This document shows positions 39,251 through 48,990 of a DNA stretch of 64,000 nucleotides, one piece after another. Location of the stretch: NCBI GenBank assembly GCA_964519415.1, contig CAZFJM010000003.1:5668-69667 (forward strand), given 5' to 3'. The notes under the pieces were generated by a model, which saw only the letters and a list, made by a program, of their open reading frames with translations, was not told where the DNA came from and made no database searches. A program made the translations under genes and the position numbers. Source of the stretch: Candidatus Woesearchaeota archaeon. GTDB lineage: Archaea; Nanobdellota; Nanobdellia; Pacearchaeales; GW2011-AR1. Position 1 is the first letter of the stretch. The number at the start of each line of letters is the position of its first letter.

Positions 39251-40153
39251 TTATTTAGTCTCTTTAATCATCATAGCTAAATGATTTAAATCAGCTGCGT
39301 CTTCCACGATTTTAATAGCATGTCTAGCAAAATCAAAAGATTCTTGCTTGGATAAGAGCTCTGCATTTTTTCTGACTTTTTCTTTTATTCTATATATTTT
39401 TTCCATTGTTTCAAAATTATTTGTATAGTAAAAATCAAAAGATAATCCTAGTCCTTCTTTTGAAAGAAGAAGTAACTCTTTTAACTTTTCAGTTTTTTTA
39501 GTTTTTGATCTAATATTTGTTCTCCAAAGACGATGTATTTCATCTCCTATTTTTTCAAGTGAGAAAGAATATGTAAATAAGGCTCTGCCCTTTATAGGGT
39601 CTGAATAAGACATTTTATTTATTGCTCTTTCTAAAAACAAACAGAATTTATTTATTTCCATGTCTCGATTATCCAAACTTTCTTGGGTTTCGCATTCCTT
39701 TCCAAATAGATCTTCAATTGCATAATCATAAAACATCAAAACCATTTGAAAAACTCTTTTGAATATTTCGTCTAAATCAGAATAGTTTCCTCCGCCAATA
39801 TCTTTGATAACATAATTATTTTTGTTTTGAGAAACAAGCGCATATCCGATAAGTTCGGTCATGATGTCTATAATCTTTGAACTAATATCTTCCTTAGATG
39901 TAATTTCAATTTCGTCAATTCCCTTAGCATATAAGGCATGTATTCTCCTGGCCAAGACAATTCGATCCTCATTTTCAAAAACTATATGAGACTTCTTTAT
40001 AGAAACTTCTTTATTGTTTGTAATAATTAAAGACTTGTCTTGCAATAGGACATCTATCTCTGGATTTTTATCAATAGCATTCTGCCTAACCCATTCAATT
40101 GGAAGAGTTATTGTATATGCTTGGTTGGCTTGTTTTATTACTTTTCTTATCAT
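39251..40153 (-). CDS. AbrB-PhoU type regulator
   Basis: RKVIKQ..AYTITLPIEWV (AbrB), ALYAKGIDEI, DMEINKF, LEKIGD. Confidence 0.88.
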   Translation of the reverse strand: MIRKVIKQANQAYTITLPIEWVRQNAIDKNPEIDVLLQDKSLIITNNKEVSIKKSHIVFENEDRIVLARRIHALYAKGIDEIEITSKEDISSKIIDIMTELIGYALVSQNKNNYVIKDIGGGNYSDLDEIFKRVFQMVLMFYDYAIEDLFGKECETQESLDNRDMEINKFCLFLERAINKMSYSDPIKGRALFTYSFSLEKIGDEIHRLWRTNIRSKTKKTEKLKELLLLSKEGLGLSFDFYYTNNFETMEKIYRIKEKVRKNAELLSKQESFDFARHAIKIVEDAADLNHLAMMIKETK

Positions 40154-40233
40154 TTTATATCAATTATATCATTTATATAAGAAATATATAAATGTTTCTG
40201 TGGCTTCAAGATATTGAAAAGGACAAAAACAAC

Positions 40234-41067
40234 ATGAAAAAACACATCGACTTTCATACACACACAATATATTCGGACGGAATAGGTACACCGGAGTTTA
40301 ACGTACGGCTTGCGAGGCTTTCTGCTTTAGATTATTTAGCTATTACAGATCACGATAAAATAGATGGTTACTATGAAGCTAAAGCTGCAGGAGAAAAATG
40401 GCAACTAGGTATAATTCCTGGAGTTGAAGTAAGTACTGATAGATATCACATTCTAGGTTTAGGAATAGATGTAGAATCGAAGAGTTTCAAAGAATTTTTA
40501 AGATTCTCGGCTGATGAACAAGAAAAAGTATGTCTCGGAAGAGTTAATTTCTTTAGAGGACTTGGTGTGCCAATAACATATGATAAAGTAAAAACAGCAT
40601 TTCCACACGCGAGACTCGGTAAGTTTAATGTACTTATGGCTCTTGATCAAGATAAAGAATGTCAGAAATTCTTTATGAATAAATATGGGGCTGTGCTAAC
40701 GAAAGAGTTTTATGATGAGTTAATAAAAACTGGAAAAGAATCTGACAAGATGACTGCTGTAACTGCAGACATGGCAATCCAACAAATACATTTGGCAAAA
40801 GGGTTAGCATTAATTGCTCATCCATTCAAAGATATTGAAAGTCTGGTAGAACTAGATGAGCTTAAAAAATTAGGGCTTGACGGATTAGAAGTTCAACCAA
40901 ACTACAATGGTAGAAATGCAGAAACAAGAGAATATGCTTTAAGAAATAATATGCTAATAACATATGGTTCTGATTTCCACGGAGGATTATTTGGAAGACA
41001 AATACTAACCAACGAAGGGGAAAATGTTCTAACTAAAAGATTAGCAGAAGCATTAGGAATAAACTAA
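40234..41067 (+). CDS. PHP-domain phosphoesterase (TrpH/YciV-like)
   Basis: DFHTHTIYSDG, AITDHD, GVEVS, HILG, AHP, GSDFHG. Confidence 0.92.
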   Translation: MKKHIDFHTHTIYSDGIGTPEFNVRLARLSALDYLAITDHDKIDGYYEAKAAGEKWQLGIIPGVEVSTDRYHILGLGIDVESKSFKEFLRFSADEQEKVCLGRVNFFRGLGVPITYDKVKTAFPHARLGKFNVLMALDQDKECQKFFMNKYGAVLTKEFYDELIKTGKESDKMTAVTADMAIQQIHLAKGLALIAHPFKDIESLVELDELKKLGLDGLEVQPNYNGRNAETREYALRNNMLITYGSDFHGGLFGRQILTNEGENVLTKRLAEALGIN

Positions 41068-41786
41068 CTTTTAGCGCTTTTCCAAATCATTTCAAAATGC
41101 TTTCTATAACCGTCAGCAATTTCTTTTTGTCTTACAACTATTGCAAACGGAGAAACCTTATTCCATAGGATAATTGCGATTTTATCTCCATATATATTAA
41201 CAGCCATGGGAGAAGAATACTTTTCAGGAAGATATCTTACTTCTGACAAAGGAATTTTTGGATTTTTTCCTTCAACATCCTTGTTAAAAATAATTTTTGT
41301 TTTTATTTTTTCTTTAACTCTTCTTTTATCAAACCAATGAAAATAAAATTCAAGACCTTCATAAGCTACTTCCGAAGCGCCAATAATTAATATTTCTTTT
41401 TTCTCAGAAAGTTGGTCTTCAAATACGGATTTTAAACCTTCTTTTCCTTTGAAAAATAATGTGTCTCCTCCATTTTTTTCTTTGGCAGAATTAAAAAGTT
41501 CAATCATTTCTGGCAAAATTTCATTCATCTTATTTTCTCTTTCTTCTTCTATTTCTTTAAACCTGGCAGGATTAGCAGCACTAAAAATCTTTTTACCATT
41601 TTCTACCATATATCCAATAAGTCCCTTGCCGATTAGTCTTTCTGTAGTATCATAAATAACTCTTCTGTGAAGTTTTGTTTTCCTAGAGATTGTTCCAGCA
41701 GGGCGCGGCCCAATTTCTAATAATGTTGAATAAACTAGTGCTTCATTTTCTGTCAGCCCAAGAGCCTTTAATTTAGATGCTTCCAT
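41064..41786 (-). CDS. TrmB family transcriptional regulator
   Basis: LGLTENEALVYSTLL..wHTH; FKGKEGLK; NIYGDKIAI; YRKHFEMIW. Confidence 0.9.
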   Translation of the reverse strand: MEASKLKALGLTENEALVYSTLLEIGPRPAGTISRKTKLHRRVIYDTTERLIGKGLIGYMVENGKKIFSAANPARFKEIEEERENKMNEILPEMIELFNSAKEKNGGDTLFFKGKEGLKSVFEDQLSEKKEILIIGASEVAYEGLEFYFHWFDKRRVKEKIKTKIIFNKDVEGKNPKIPLSEVRYLPEKYSSPMAVNIYGDKIAIILWNKVSPFAIVVRQKEIADGYRKHFEMIWKSAKS

Positions 41787-41822
41787 ACTATAATTTAATA
41801 TTTTTTTCTTTATATATCTTGT

Positions 41823-41838
41823 GGTGATAATAGTCACC
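41823..41838. promoter_or_regulatory. Palindrome GGTGA-N6-TCACC, candidate operator in the trmB/ligase divergent promoter
   Basis: Perfect 5-bp arms just downstream of TTTATATA (41809-41816). Confidence 0.5.
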
Positions 41839-41874
41839 TCACAAATTCATATAGGTTCACAAGTTAGTCAAAAT

Positions 41875-43014
41875 ATGGTAAACAAAAAACAAACACAAAG
41901 AATTCAAATTGGGAAACCAATTGAATCTATGAATCCAATCTTCATGCGAGCACCGGATGAGAAAATATATGGAGAAATAATTACAACTCATGGCGGAAGA
42001 ACACTTGCAGAAATAAAGCAAGATGGTTATAGATTACAAATTCATAAGAAAGACGGAATTGTTAGAGCATTCACTAGAAGTTTAAATGAAGTTAATCTAG
42101 GTATTTTCCCAGAATTAAATTCTTCTTTAGTAGGTTTGCCAGATTGCATACTTGACACAGAGGTGACTGGATATGGTTTGATAGGTTATGATGGATTTCA
42201 ATCAATAAAAAAGAGATTTAGAAATAAAGTTTCTTCTGAAAGTTTAAAGAAATATTTAGAGTCTAGTTTAACTTCTGAATTTCCGGTAGGCCTTACTGCA
42301 TTCGATACTTTATACTGGGAAGATAAAAAATTAATTAATTTACCTCTAATTGAAAGAAGAAAATTTACTGAAGGAATTTTAGAGCCAAGAATAAATCCAA
42401 GTGTCCAAAGAAGTTTCACGGAAGCCTCAAAATTAGAAGATTGGTTTGTAGAATTAACAGATAGTAAATACGAAGGATTAGTTTGTAAAAATCCAAATTC
42501 ATTATATTTACCCGGAAAAGAAACAACCGAATGGTTAAAACTCAAAAGAGCAGAAACTCTTGATTTAGCAATACTGGGCGTTTATTTAGATGGAGATTCA
42601 ATTTCTCAAGTTCTATGTGGAACTTATAATCAAGTAGAAGGAAGATTTGAAACACTTGCAAAAGTTAATGCAAAACGTGAAGGAGCAAATAAGTCCTTAG
42701 ATAAGCTATTAGATGGAAAATTATGTGAAGTAAAACCTGCAAATTTATTTTTAAATCCAACAATAGAAAAGCATCAAGATCAAATTCCTACTTATTTTAT
42801 TAAACCAGAAAATTCTGCAGTTTTAGAAGTTGCATCTATGAACTGTCATTATGGAAATAATACTTGGCACTCTTGTGGTTATGATGGCACAAACGCTTAT
42901 TCATTAAGAATTGCTTGGCTAAAAAGAATAAGAGAAGATAAAGGCATAGCTGATGTATCAACAACTGAAAAAGTAAGAAAAATGTATTCTGCATTCGGAG
43001 GACAAAATGAGTAA
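41875..43014 (+). CDS. Minimal ATP-dependent DNA ligase (NTase + OB, no N-terminal DNA-binding domain)
   Basis: EIKQDGYRLQIH (motif I), LDTEV, AFDTLY, YEGLVCK, WLKLK, RIREDK. Confidence 0.9.
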   Translation: MVNKKQTQRIQIGKPIESMNPIFMRAPDEKIYGEIITTHGGRTLAEIKQDGYRLQIHKKDGIVRAFTRSLNEVNLGIFPELNSSLVGLPDCILDTEVTGYGLIGYDGFQSIKKRFRNKVSSESLKKYLESSLTSEFPVGLTAFDTLYWEDKKLINLPLIERRKFTEGILEPRINPSVQRSFTEASKLEDWFVELTDSKYEGLVCKNPNSLYLPGKETTEWLKLKRAETLDLAILGVYLDGDSISQVLCGTYNQVEGRFETLAKVNAKREGANKSLDKLLDGKLCEVKPANLFLNPTIEKHQDQIPTYFIKPENSAVLEVASMNCHYGNNTWHSCGYDGTNAYSLRIAWLKRIREDKGIADVSTTEKVRKMYSAFGGQNE

Positions 43015-43576
43015 ACTCCTAACTGAATTGCAAATTGAGAAGAACAAGAAAGAAATGTTAAGTTTAGTAAGAGGAATTAAAAGAGAAGGAATTGAAGGCT
43101 TATGCGACTGGCTAAACGAAAGTGATTTCTTTTACGCTCCGGCTAGCACTAGACATCACGGAAATTTTAGGGGCGGTTTAGCGGCACATAGTTACGAAAT
43201 ATACAAAGAATTTGATCGACAATTAGATCATTATGGATTAGAAGTTCCAAAAGAATCAAGAGTTTTAGCTTCTTTTCTACATGATGCTTGTAAAATAGAT
43301 CTATATGTTGAAAACACCTTGAAAGGTGGAAAGACTTCGGAAGCAAAACCATACAAAATAGAAGAAACTTTTCCATTCGGTCATGGTGAACGTTCTGCAC
43401 TTATCGCTCAAAGACACATAAATCTCACTGATCAAGAAGCAATGCTCATAAGATGGCACATGGGTTCCTACGATAAAAGTTTTGAAGCTTATCAAGATGC
43501 AATAGAAAAGACTCATCCAGAATGTGTTTTATTTTATCATATTGATCATGAAGTTTCTCTTTACAGAGGACTTTAA
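43007..43576 (+). CDS. HD-domain hydrolase (YhaM/phage-type)
   Basis: APASTRHH...GGLAAHS, LHDACK, GHGERS, IRWHMG, HID; GGAGGA SD. Confidence 0.88.
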   Translation: MSKLLTELQIEKNKKEMLSLVRGIKREGIEGLCDWLNESDFFYAPASTRHHGNFRGGLAAHSYEIYKEFDRQLDHYGLEVPKESRVLASFLHDACKIDLYVENTLKGGKTSEAKPYKIEETFPFGHGERSALIAQRHINLTDQEAMLIRWHMGSYDKSFEAYQDAIEKTHPECVLFYHIDHEVSLYRGL

Positions 43577-43605
43577 CATTAAATAAAATACAATGGAGGA
43601 AAAAA

Positions 43606-44076
43606 ATGACAGAACAACTTGAAAAACAGCTTGTAAGTTTAATCGCAGCAGATAGAATTGAGATACCAATTTCTAGCATGTCTGGTAAACTTAAAAGAAT
43701 GAAACCAAAATTAGCAAATGCTATTGAATTACCTGGAGCTGATTACTCTGGAGAAAGAGTTTATGCAAGAGTTGAAGTAGAAGATAAGCTTAAGGCAAGA
43801 ACAATGTCTGAAGCAGTAAGTGATTTTTGTACGGAATATCCAAAATATGGACAAGTTCTTACTCAAATGATTGAGGACAAACGTGCACAAAAAGAAACAC
43901 ATCTTTACTTCGGAATGAATGATGGTTGCAGATTAACTGCAGATGACTATCTTGGCGTTATGGCTAATTTAGGATTCACAGAAGCACAAGCAAGAAATTT
44001 ATACGAACCTTTAATCGTGACAAGCAGATCTATCTCTAAGAAAAGAGACGAAGAAAGAAGTATACTTATTGCTTAA
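43606..44076 (+). CDS. Hypothetical protein (156 aa), third gene of the ligase operon
   Basis: GGAGGA at 43595-43600; followed by terminator. Confidence 0.8.
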   Translation: MTEQLEKQLVSLIAADRIEIPISSMSGKLKRMKPKLANAIELPGADYSGERVYARVEVEDKLKARTMSEAVSDFCTEYPKYGQVLTQMIEDKRAQKETHLYFGMNDGCRLTADDYLGVMANLGFTEAQARNLYEPLIVTSRSISKKRDEERSILIA

Positions 44077-44087
44077 AAAAATTATTT

Positions 44088-44116
44088 GAGCCGAAAAACC
44101 GGCTCTTATTTATTTT
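44088..44116 (+). terminator. Intrinsic hairpin + T-rich terminator
   Basis: GAGCCG-AAAAAC-CGGCTC then TTATTTATTTT. Confidence 0.7.
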
Positions 44117-44154
44117 ATATAAATCCTTAAATACTCTTTTTTTGATATTTATTT

Positions 44155-44763
44155 ATGGAACCCGCACAATATTGCATTGAATCAAAAGAGAATATTGTGA
44201 GATTTATCCAAGACATTTGGACTTCTACTACCTATCCTTCTATGACTGGCGCGCACGATTCTAAATTTCTAGGATTAAAAAAAGAAATTTGGGGAGAGGA
44301 ACTACTAAAAAAGTCTTTATTTGCTGTTGCAATTATGCCAATAGTAAGAGAGTCACAAAGAAAATTCAACTCAGAATATGAGTCAGATGCAAATTCTATT
44401 CATTCTGAATATGAAAACTTGACCTCAGAGTTTCCTATTTATGTAAAGTCAGAATTTTTCCCGAGGTTTAAAATGTCTCAAACTAAACATCTTTCTATTG
44501 GGAATATGACTATTCCTACTTACAAAGTGAATCCTCTTGAAATTGCTACAGATTTATGCGATTATATTGGCGATCTTGAAAGTCTTGCTCTAAAAGGAGT
44601 ATCTGCGCCTATTGTTCCTGAGGTTTTTGATATTTTTTATAGATTTAACAAGTTAATGGAAACAAAATATAAAGAACATGTTCATTTTTTAGATGATCCT
44701 ATTAAAAAAGAGTTATTAGATCATTTTAAGGCAAGATACCCGAACAACACTATTATTTGCTAA
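44155..44763 (+). CDS. Hypothetical protein, tandem paralog A
   Basis: MEPAQYCIESKENIV...PLEIATDL shared with next gene; own TATA. Confidence 0.8.
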   Translation: MEPAQYCIESKENIVRFIQDIWTSTTYPSMTGAHDSKFLGLKKEIWGEELLKKSLFAVAIMPIVRESQRKFNSEYESDANSIHSEYENLTSEFPIYVKSEFFPRFKMSQTKHLSIGNMTIPTYKVNPLEIATDLCDYIGDLESLALKGVSAPIVPEVFDIFYRFNKLMETKYKEHVHFLDDPIKKELLDHFKARYPNNTIIC

Positions 44764-44826
44764 CTTTATTTTTTTAATATCTTTTATTGTAATAATACTT
44801 AAATACCTTCTAAAGTAGGTATTTTT

Positions 44827-45420
44827 ATGGAACCTGCACAATATTGCATTAAATCGAAAGAGAATATAGTAAAATTTATCCATGATGTTTGGCCTTATAA
44901 GGCATATCCTTATGTAGTAGAGGCTTATGATTCTAAATATTTAGGATTTAAACGAGAACCTTGGGATGATCTAGCGATAAGAAGTACATTATTTACTATT
45001 GCAGCCGTACCTATTACTCGAGAAAAATTTAGGGTAAAAAGAACAAGTGGCAGCCTAGAAGACTCAGAATTATTCTCTTTCGGAATCCATACTTTAAATG
45101 TAAAACCTGGAAACTTTAAAAGATTTGATACATTTAAGAGAGATGAAATGAAACTAGGGCACAAGACTATTCCTAACTTCGAAACATATCCTCTTGAAAT
45201 TGCTACAGATCTTTATAGCTACATAGAGAATCTTGAGGACCTTGCAAAAAAAGGCGTATGTGCTCCAATATCTCCAGATGTATTTAATATTTTTAATGTA
45301 TTCAATAAGGCAGTAGAAGAGATTCCTAGCGAGCTTGCACATTTCTTAGATGAAAAATATAAGCGCGCTGCTTTGGATTGTTTAAAAGAGACTTTTAAGG
45401 ATTCTCGAGTTATTTGTTAA
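44827..45420 (+). CDS. Hypothetical protein, tandem paralog B
   Basis: MEPAQYCIKSKENIV...PLEIATDL; own TATA. Confidence 0.8.
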   Translation: MEPAQYCIKSKENIVKFIHDVWPYKAYPYVVEAYDSKYLGFKREPWDDLAIRSTLFTIAAVPITREKFRVKRTSGSLEDSELFSFGIHTLNVKPGNFKRFDTFKRDEMKLGHKTIPNFETYPLEIATDLYSYIENLEDLAKKGVCAPISPDVFNIFNVFNKAVEEIPSELAHFLDEKYKRAALDCLKETFKDSRVIC

Positions 45421-45422
45421 TT

Positions 45423-46580
45423 TTATTTTTTTAATATTTTCTTTGCGTTTCTAACCATTTGTAATTCTTCATTTGTTGGAATTACAAAAACTTTTACTTT
45501 AGATTTTTTATCTGAAATATCTAATTCATTCTTCTTATTTTTAGCTTCATCTAGCTTTAATCCTAAAAATTCTAAATTATCTGCAACATATTTTCTTATA
45601 ACTGCGCTCTTTTCTCCAGCTCCACCAGTAAATACAATAGCATCAACTCCATTCAAAACAGCAACATAAGATCCAACTATTTTTAATAGACTATACAAAT
45701 AAACTTTCATCGCTCTGCCTGATTTTTCACAAGTCATCATGTTCTCTTCCAAGGGTCTCATGTCGCTTGTCAATTCGCTAATTCCTTTCAAGCCAGACTC
45801 TTTATTCAAGATCTTTTCAATTTCTTTGTGTGAAATCTTTTTTTCGTTCATTATATGAAAAATAATTCCAGGGTCAATGGAACCTGAACGAGTTCCCATG
45901 ACATTTCCTTCAAGAGGAGTCATTCCCATAGAAGTATCTAAAGACTTTCCAGCTTTCGTTGCACAAACACTTGCACCATTTCCTAAATGACAAGTAATTA
46001 TTTTTGCTTTTGGATTATCTAAAAGTTTAATCGCTTCTTTCATAACATACTCATGTGAAGAACCGTGAAATCCGTATCTTCTAACTCCGTGTTCTTTATA
46101 CCAAGAGTAAGGAACTCCGTATAGATAAGCTTCTTCGGGTAAATCTGAATGAAAAGAAGTATCAAAAATTGCAACCTGCGGAACTTTTGGAAGTAATTCT
46201 TCCATTATTTCAATTCCCTCAATGTTTGCAGGATTATGAAGTGGTGCAAGTGGAATTAATTTTTTAAGTTCCGCAATTACTTCTTTATTGATTAAAGTAG
46301 GTTTCTTGAATTTCTCTCCGCCATGTACGGTTCGATGAACAATCTGGCCTAAATCAGAGACCATATCTCTTTCTTGTAAAATTTCTATAATTTTTTCAAA
46401 AGATTGTTTATGGTTTTCTAACTTAACAATGATTTCTTTTTTATCTCCATTCTCTTTGATTTTTATCTTAGAGTTCGCACTTCCAATCTCTTCACATAAT
46501 CCAGAAAGAACTGTATCTTCATTCTCAAATACTTGAAACTTTACTGAACTTGAACCCGCATTAATTACTAATGATTTCAT
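45423..46580 (-). CDS. ackA: Acetate kinase
   Basis: INAGSSS, HRTVHGG, APLHNP, RRYGFHG, HLGNG, TPLEG, TNEE. Confidence 0.97.
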   Translation of the reverse strand: MKSLVINAGSSSVKFQVFENEDTVLSGLCEEIGSANSKIKIKENGDKKEIIVKLENHKQSFEKIIEILQERDMVSDLGQIVHRTVHGGEKFKKPTLINKEVIAELKKLIPLAPLHNPANIEGIEIMEELLPKVPQVAIFDTSFHSDLPEEAYLYGVPYSWYKEHGVRRYGFHGSSHEYVMKEAIKLLDNPKAKIITCHLGNGASVCATKAGKSLDTSMGMTPLEGNVMGTRSGSIDPGIIFHIMNEKKISHKEIEKILNKESGLKGISELTSDMRPLEENMMTCEKSGRAMKVYLYSLLKIVGSYVAVLNGVDAIVFTGGAGEKSAVIRKYVADNLEFLGLKLDEAKNKKNELDISDKKSKVKVFVIPTNEELQMVRNAKKILKK

Positions 46581-46658
46581 ATTAAAAATAAATTTAGTTG
46601 GTTTTTAAATCAAACTGTCTATAGTTATATTTTTATACGCTTCTTTCTTTAGTAAAAT

Positions 46659-48530
46659 ATGGAGAAAAAAACCAAAACTAGCTTGAAAAAGAAATTTTAT
46701 GTAACAACGCCTATTTATTATCCTAATGATATTCCGCACATCGGGCATGCATATACTACTGTTGCTGCAGATATTTTATCACGATGGCATAAACTATTAG
46801 GTGAAGATGTATTTTTTTTAACAGGAACAGATGAACATGGTAAAAAGTTGGAAAAAACAGCACTTGCAAAAGGCAAGAAGCCGAAAGAATTTATAGACGC
46901 ATTAATTCCTGAGTTTAAATCTGCATGGAAGAAGTTAAATGTAGAGTACGATTATTTTATAAGAACAACAGACAAAGCGCATGAAAAAGTAATACAAGAA
47001 GTTTTACAAAAATGTTTTGATAATGGAGATATCTATCTTGGAAGCTATAAAGGGTTATATTGTGTGGGTTGTGAAACATATTACACTGAAAAAGATTTAA
47101 TAGAGGGTTGTTGTCCAATCCATAAAAAACCGGTAGAAACTCTAAACGAAGCAAGTTATTTTTTTAAGTTGTCTAAATATCAAGACAAACTTCTTAAATT
47201 TTATAAAGACAATCCAAAGTTTATATTACCGGAAGAGAGAGCAAGTCAAGTAATTAATTCTGTAAAGGAAGGACTTCAAGATTTAAGTATTTCTAGAACA
47301 AGTTTCGACTGGGGAATCCCTTTACCATTTGATAAAAAACATATCTGTTTCGTTTGGTTTGACGCATTGTTTAATTATTACTCTGCGACAAGAGAAAAAG
47401 GAAAAAGTAAATATTGGCCAGCGGATGTTCATCTAGTTGGAAAAGATATTATTTGGTTTCATACTGTTTACTGGCCTGCTTTCTTGATGTCTGTAGGATT
47501 AGATTTACCAAAGAGTGTTTTTGCTCATGGGTGGTGGACATTTGATAAAGAAAAGATCTCTAAATCAGTTGGGAAAGTTATAAATGTAGACGAATTAATC
47601 TCAATTGCCGGCGTAGACTCTGCTAGATATTTTTTATTTAGAAACACAGCATTTGGTCAAGACGGAGATTTTTCAGAAAAAGCTCTAGTAGAAAGACACA
47701 ATAATGAACTAGCTAACAAATTAGGTAATCTGGTCTCAAGAGTTTCAGCATTAGTAGAAAAATATGGGTTAATTAAATGTGAAAACAAACTTTTGAAAAA
47801 ATTAAATCTTAAGAAAATAGAAACTCATTTTGAAAACTATGAAATTGATAAGGCATTGAATGAAATATTCTCTTTTATAGATAAAACAAATGAATATGTT
47901 CAAGAAACAGAGCCTTGGAAAACGGGAGATAAAAAAGCTCTTTACGAATTATCAGATTCAATAAAAGCTATTGCAATTTTACTCTCTCCTTTTATGCCTA
48001 AAACATGTGAGGATATCTCAAAAGTTTTTAATTTCAAGATAGACTACAAAGAAATAAGTAAACCTCTAAAAGTTTCAAAGATTAAGAAAGCAGATATACT
48101 ATTTACAAAAATAGAAGTAGAAGAAAAACCTGTTGAAACAAAACTTAATAAACCAGTTGAACCTAAAAAAATAGAAGGCATAGCAACAATGGCAGACATG
48201 ATTAAATACGATGATTTTGCAAAATTAGATTTAAGAGTTGGAACTATAAAAAACGTTGAAGACTTAGAAGGCGCAGACAAACTTTGGAAATTAACTGTTG
48301 ATTTAGGTTCAGAAATAGGTCAAAGAACAATTTTAGCTGGAATCAAGAAATACTATTCTAAAGAACAATTAACTGAAAAACAAATTATTGTAATAGTAAA
48401 CTTAGAACCTAGAAAAATGAAAGGCTCTGAGTCTCAAGGAATGTTATTAGCAGCAGGAACTGCAGGATCCGATACTTGCATATTAATTTCTCCAGAAAAG
48501 AATGTTGAAAACGGAACTAAGATTGGTTAA
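46659..48530 (+). CDS. metG: Methionyl-tRNA synthetase (one-knuckle, bacterial MetRS1-like) with C-terminal tRNA-binding domain
   Basis: TTPIYYPN..HIGH, TGTDEHG, CVGCE..CPIH, KISKS, DLRVG..ESQGML. Confidence 0.96.
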   Translation: MEKKTKTSLKKKFYVTTPIYYPNDIPHIGHAYTTVAADILSRWHKLLGEDVFFLTGTDEHGKKLEKTALAKGKKPKEFIDALIPEFKSAWKKLNVEYDYFIRTTDKAHEKVIQEVLQKCFDNGDIYLGSYKGLYCVGCETYYTEKDLIEGCCPIHKKPVETLNEASYFFKLSKYQDKLLKFYKDNPKFILPEERASQVINSVKEGLQDLSISRTSFDWGIPLPFDKKHICFVWFDALFNYYSATREKGKSKYWPADVHLVGKDIIWFHTVYWPAFLMSVGLDLPKSVFAHGWWTFDKEKISKSVGKVINVDELISIAGVDSARYFLFRNTAFGQDGDFSEKALVERHNNELANKLGNLVSRVSALVEKYGLIKCENKLLKKLNLKKIETHFENYEIDKALNEIFSFIDKTNEYVQETEPWKTGDKKALYELSDSIKAIAILLSPFMPKTCEDISKVFNFKIDYKEISKPLKVSKIKKADILFTKIEVEEKPVETKLNKPVEPKKIEGIATMADMIKYDDFAKLDLRVGTIKNVEDLEGADKLWKLTVDLGSEIGQRTILAGIKKYYSKEQLTEKQIIVIVNLEPRKMKGSESQGMLLAAGTAGSDTCILISPEKNVENGTKIG

Positions 48531-48531
48531 T

Positions 48532-48933
48532 ATGGTAGATTTAGAACCATTAGATCCTTATTTTAAAGAAGGCCAGGGAAGATGCAACCTTACTCATTTT
48601 GCATGGCGATTCCCTTCGTATATTCTAACTAATAATTGTAGAGTTGATCAAGGTTATTCAAAGTTGTCTCACCAATTATTAAGTAGAATTCAATTTTCAA
48701 CAGAAAGAATTGCTAGAGATGATTTACTTAGGGCATGTTTAGACATTGATGAATATTTAGAAAGTAAACAAATTACCTTAGAAAAAGTAGACGAAGCAAT
48801 AGCAGAATTTAGAAAAACAGACTTTCAAAGTGAGAATCCTGCTGACTACTTACCATTTTCAAAGTTTTGCGAACCAATATATCTTTATTTAATTAATAAG
48901 AAAGAACATAATATTGACAATTTAATAGGATAG
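48532..48933 (+). CDS. Hypothetical protein (133 aa)
   Basis: ATG 1 nt after metG stop. Confidence 0.55.
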   Translation: MVDLEPLDPYFKEGQGRCNLTHFAWRFPSYILTNNCRVDQGYSKLSHQLLSRIQFSTERIARDDLLRACLDIDEYLESKQITLEKVDEAIAEFRKTDFQSENPADYLPFSKFCEPIYLYLINKKEHNIDNLIG

Positions 48934-48990
48934 TCTCTTATATTTTTTCATATCCACAACCTTTAAATATCTCAATCCTTTTAATCAGTT

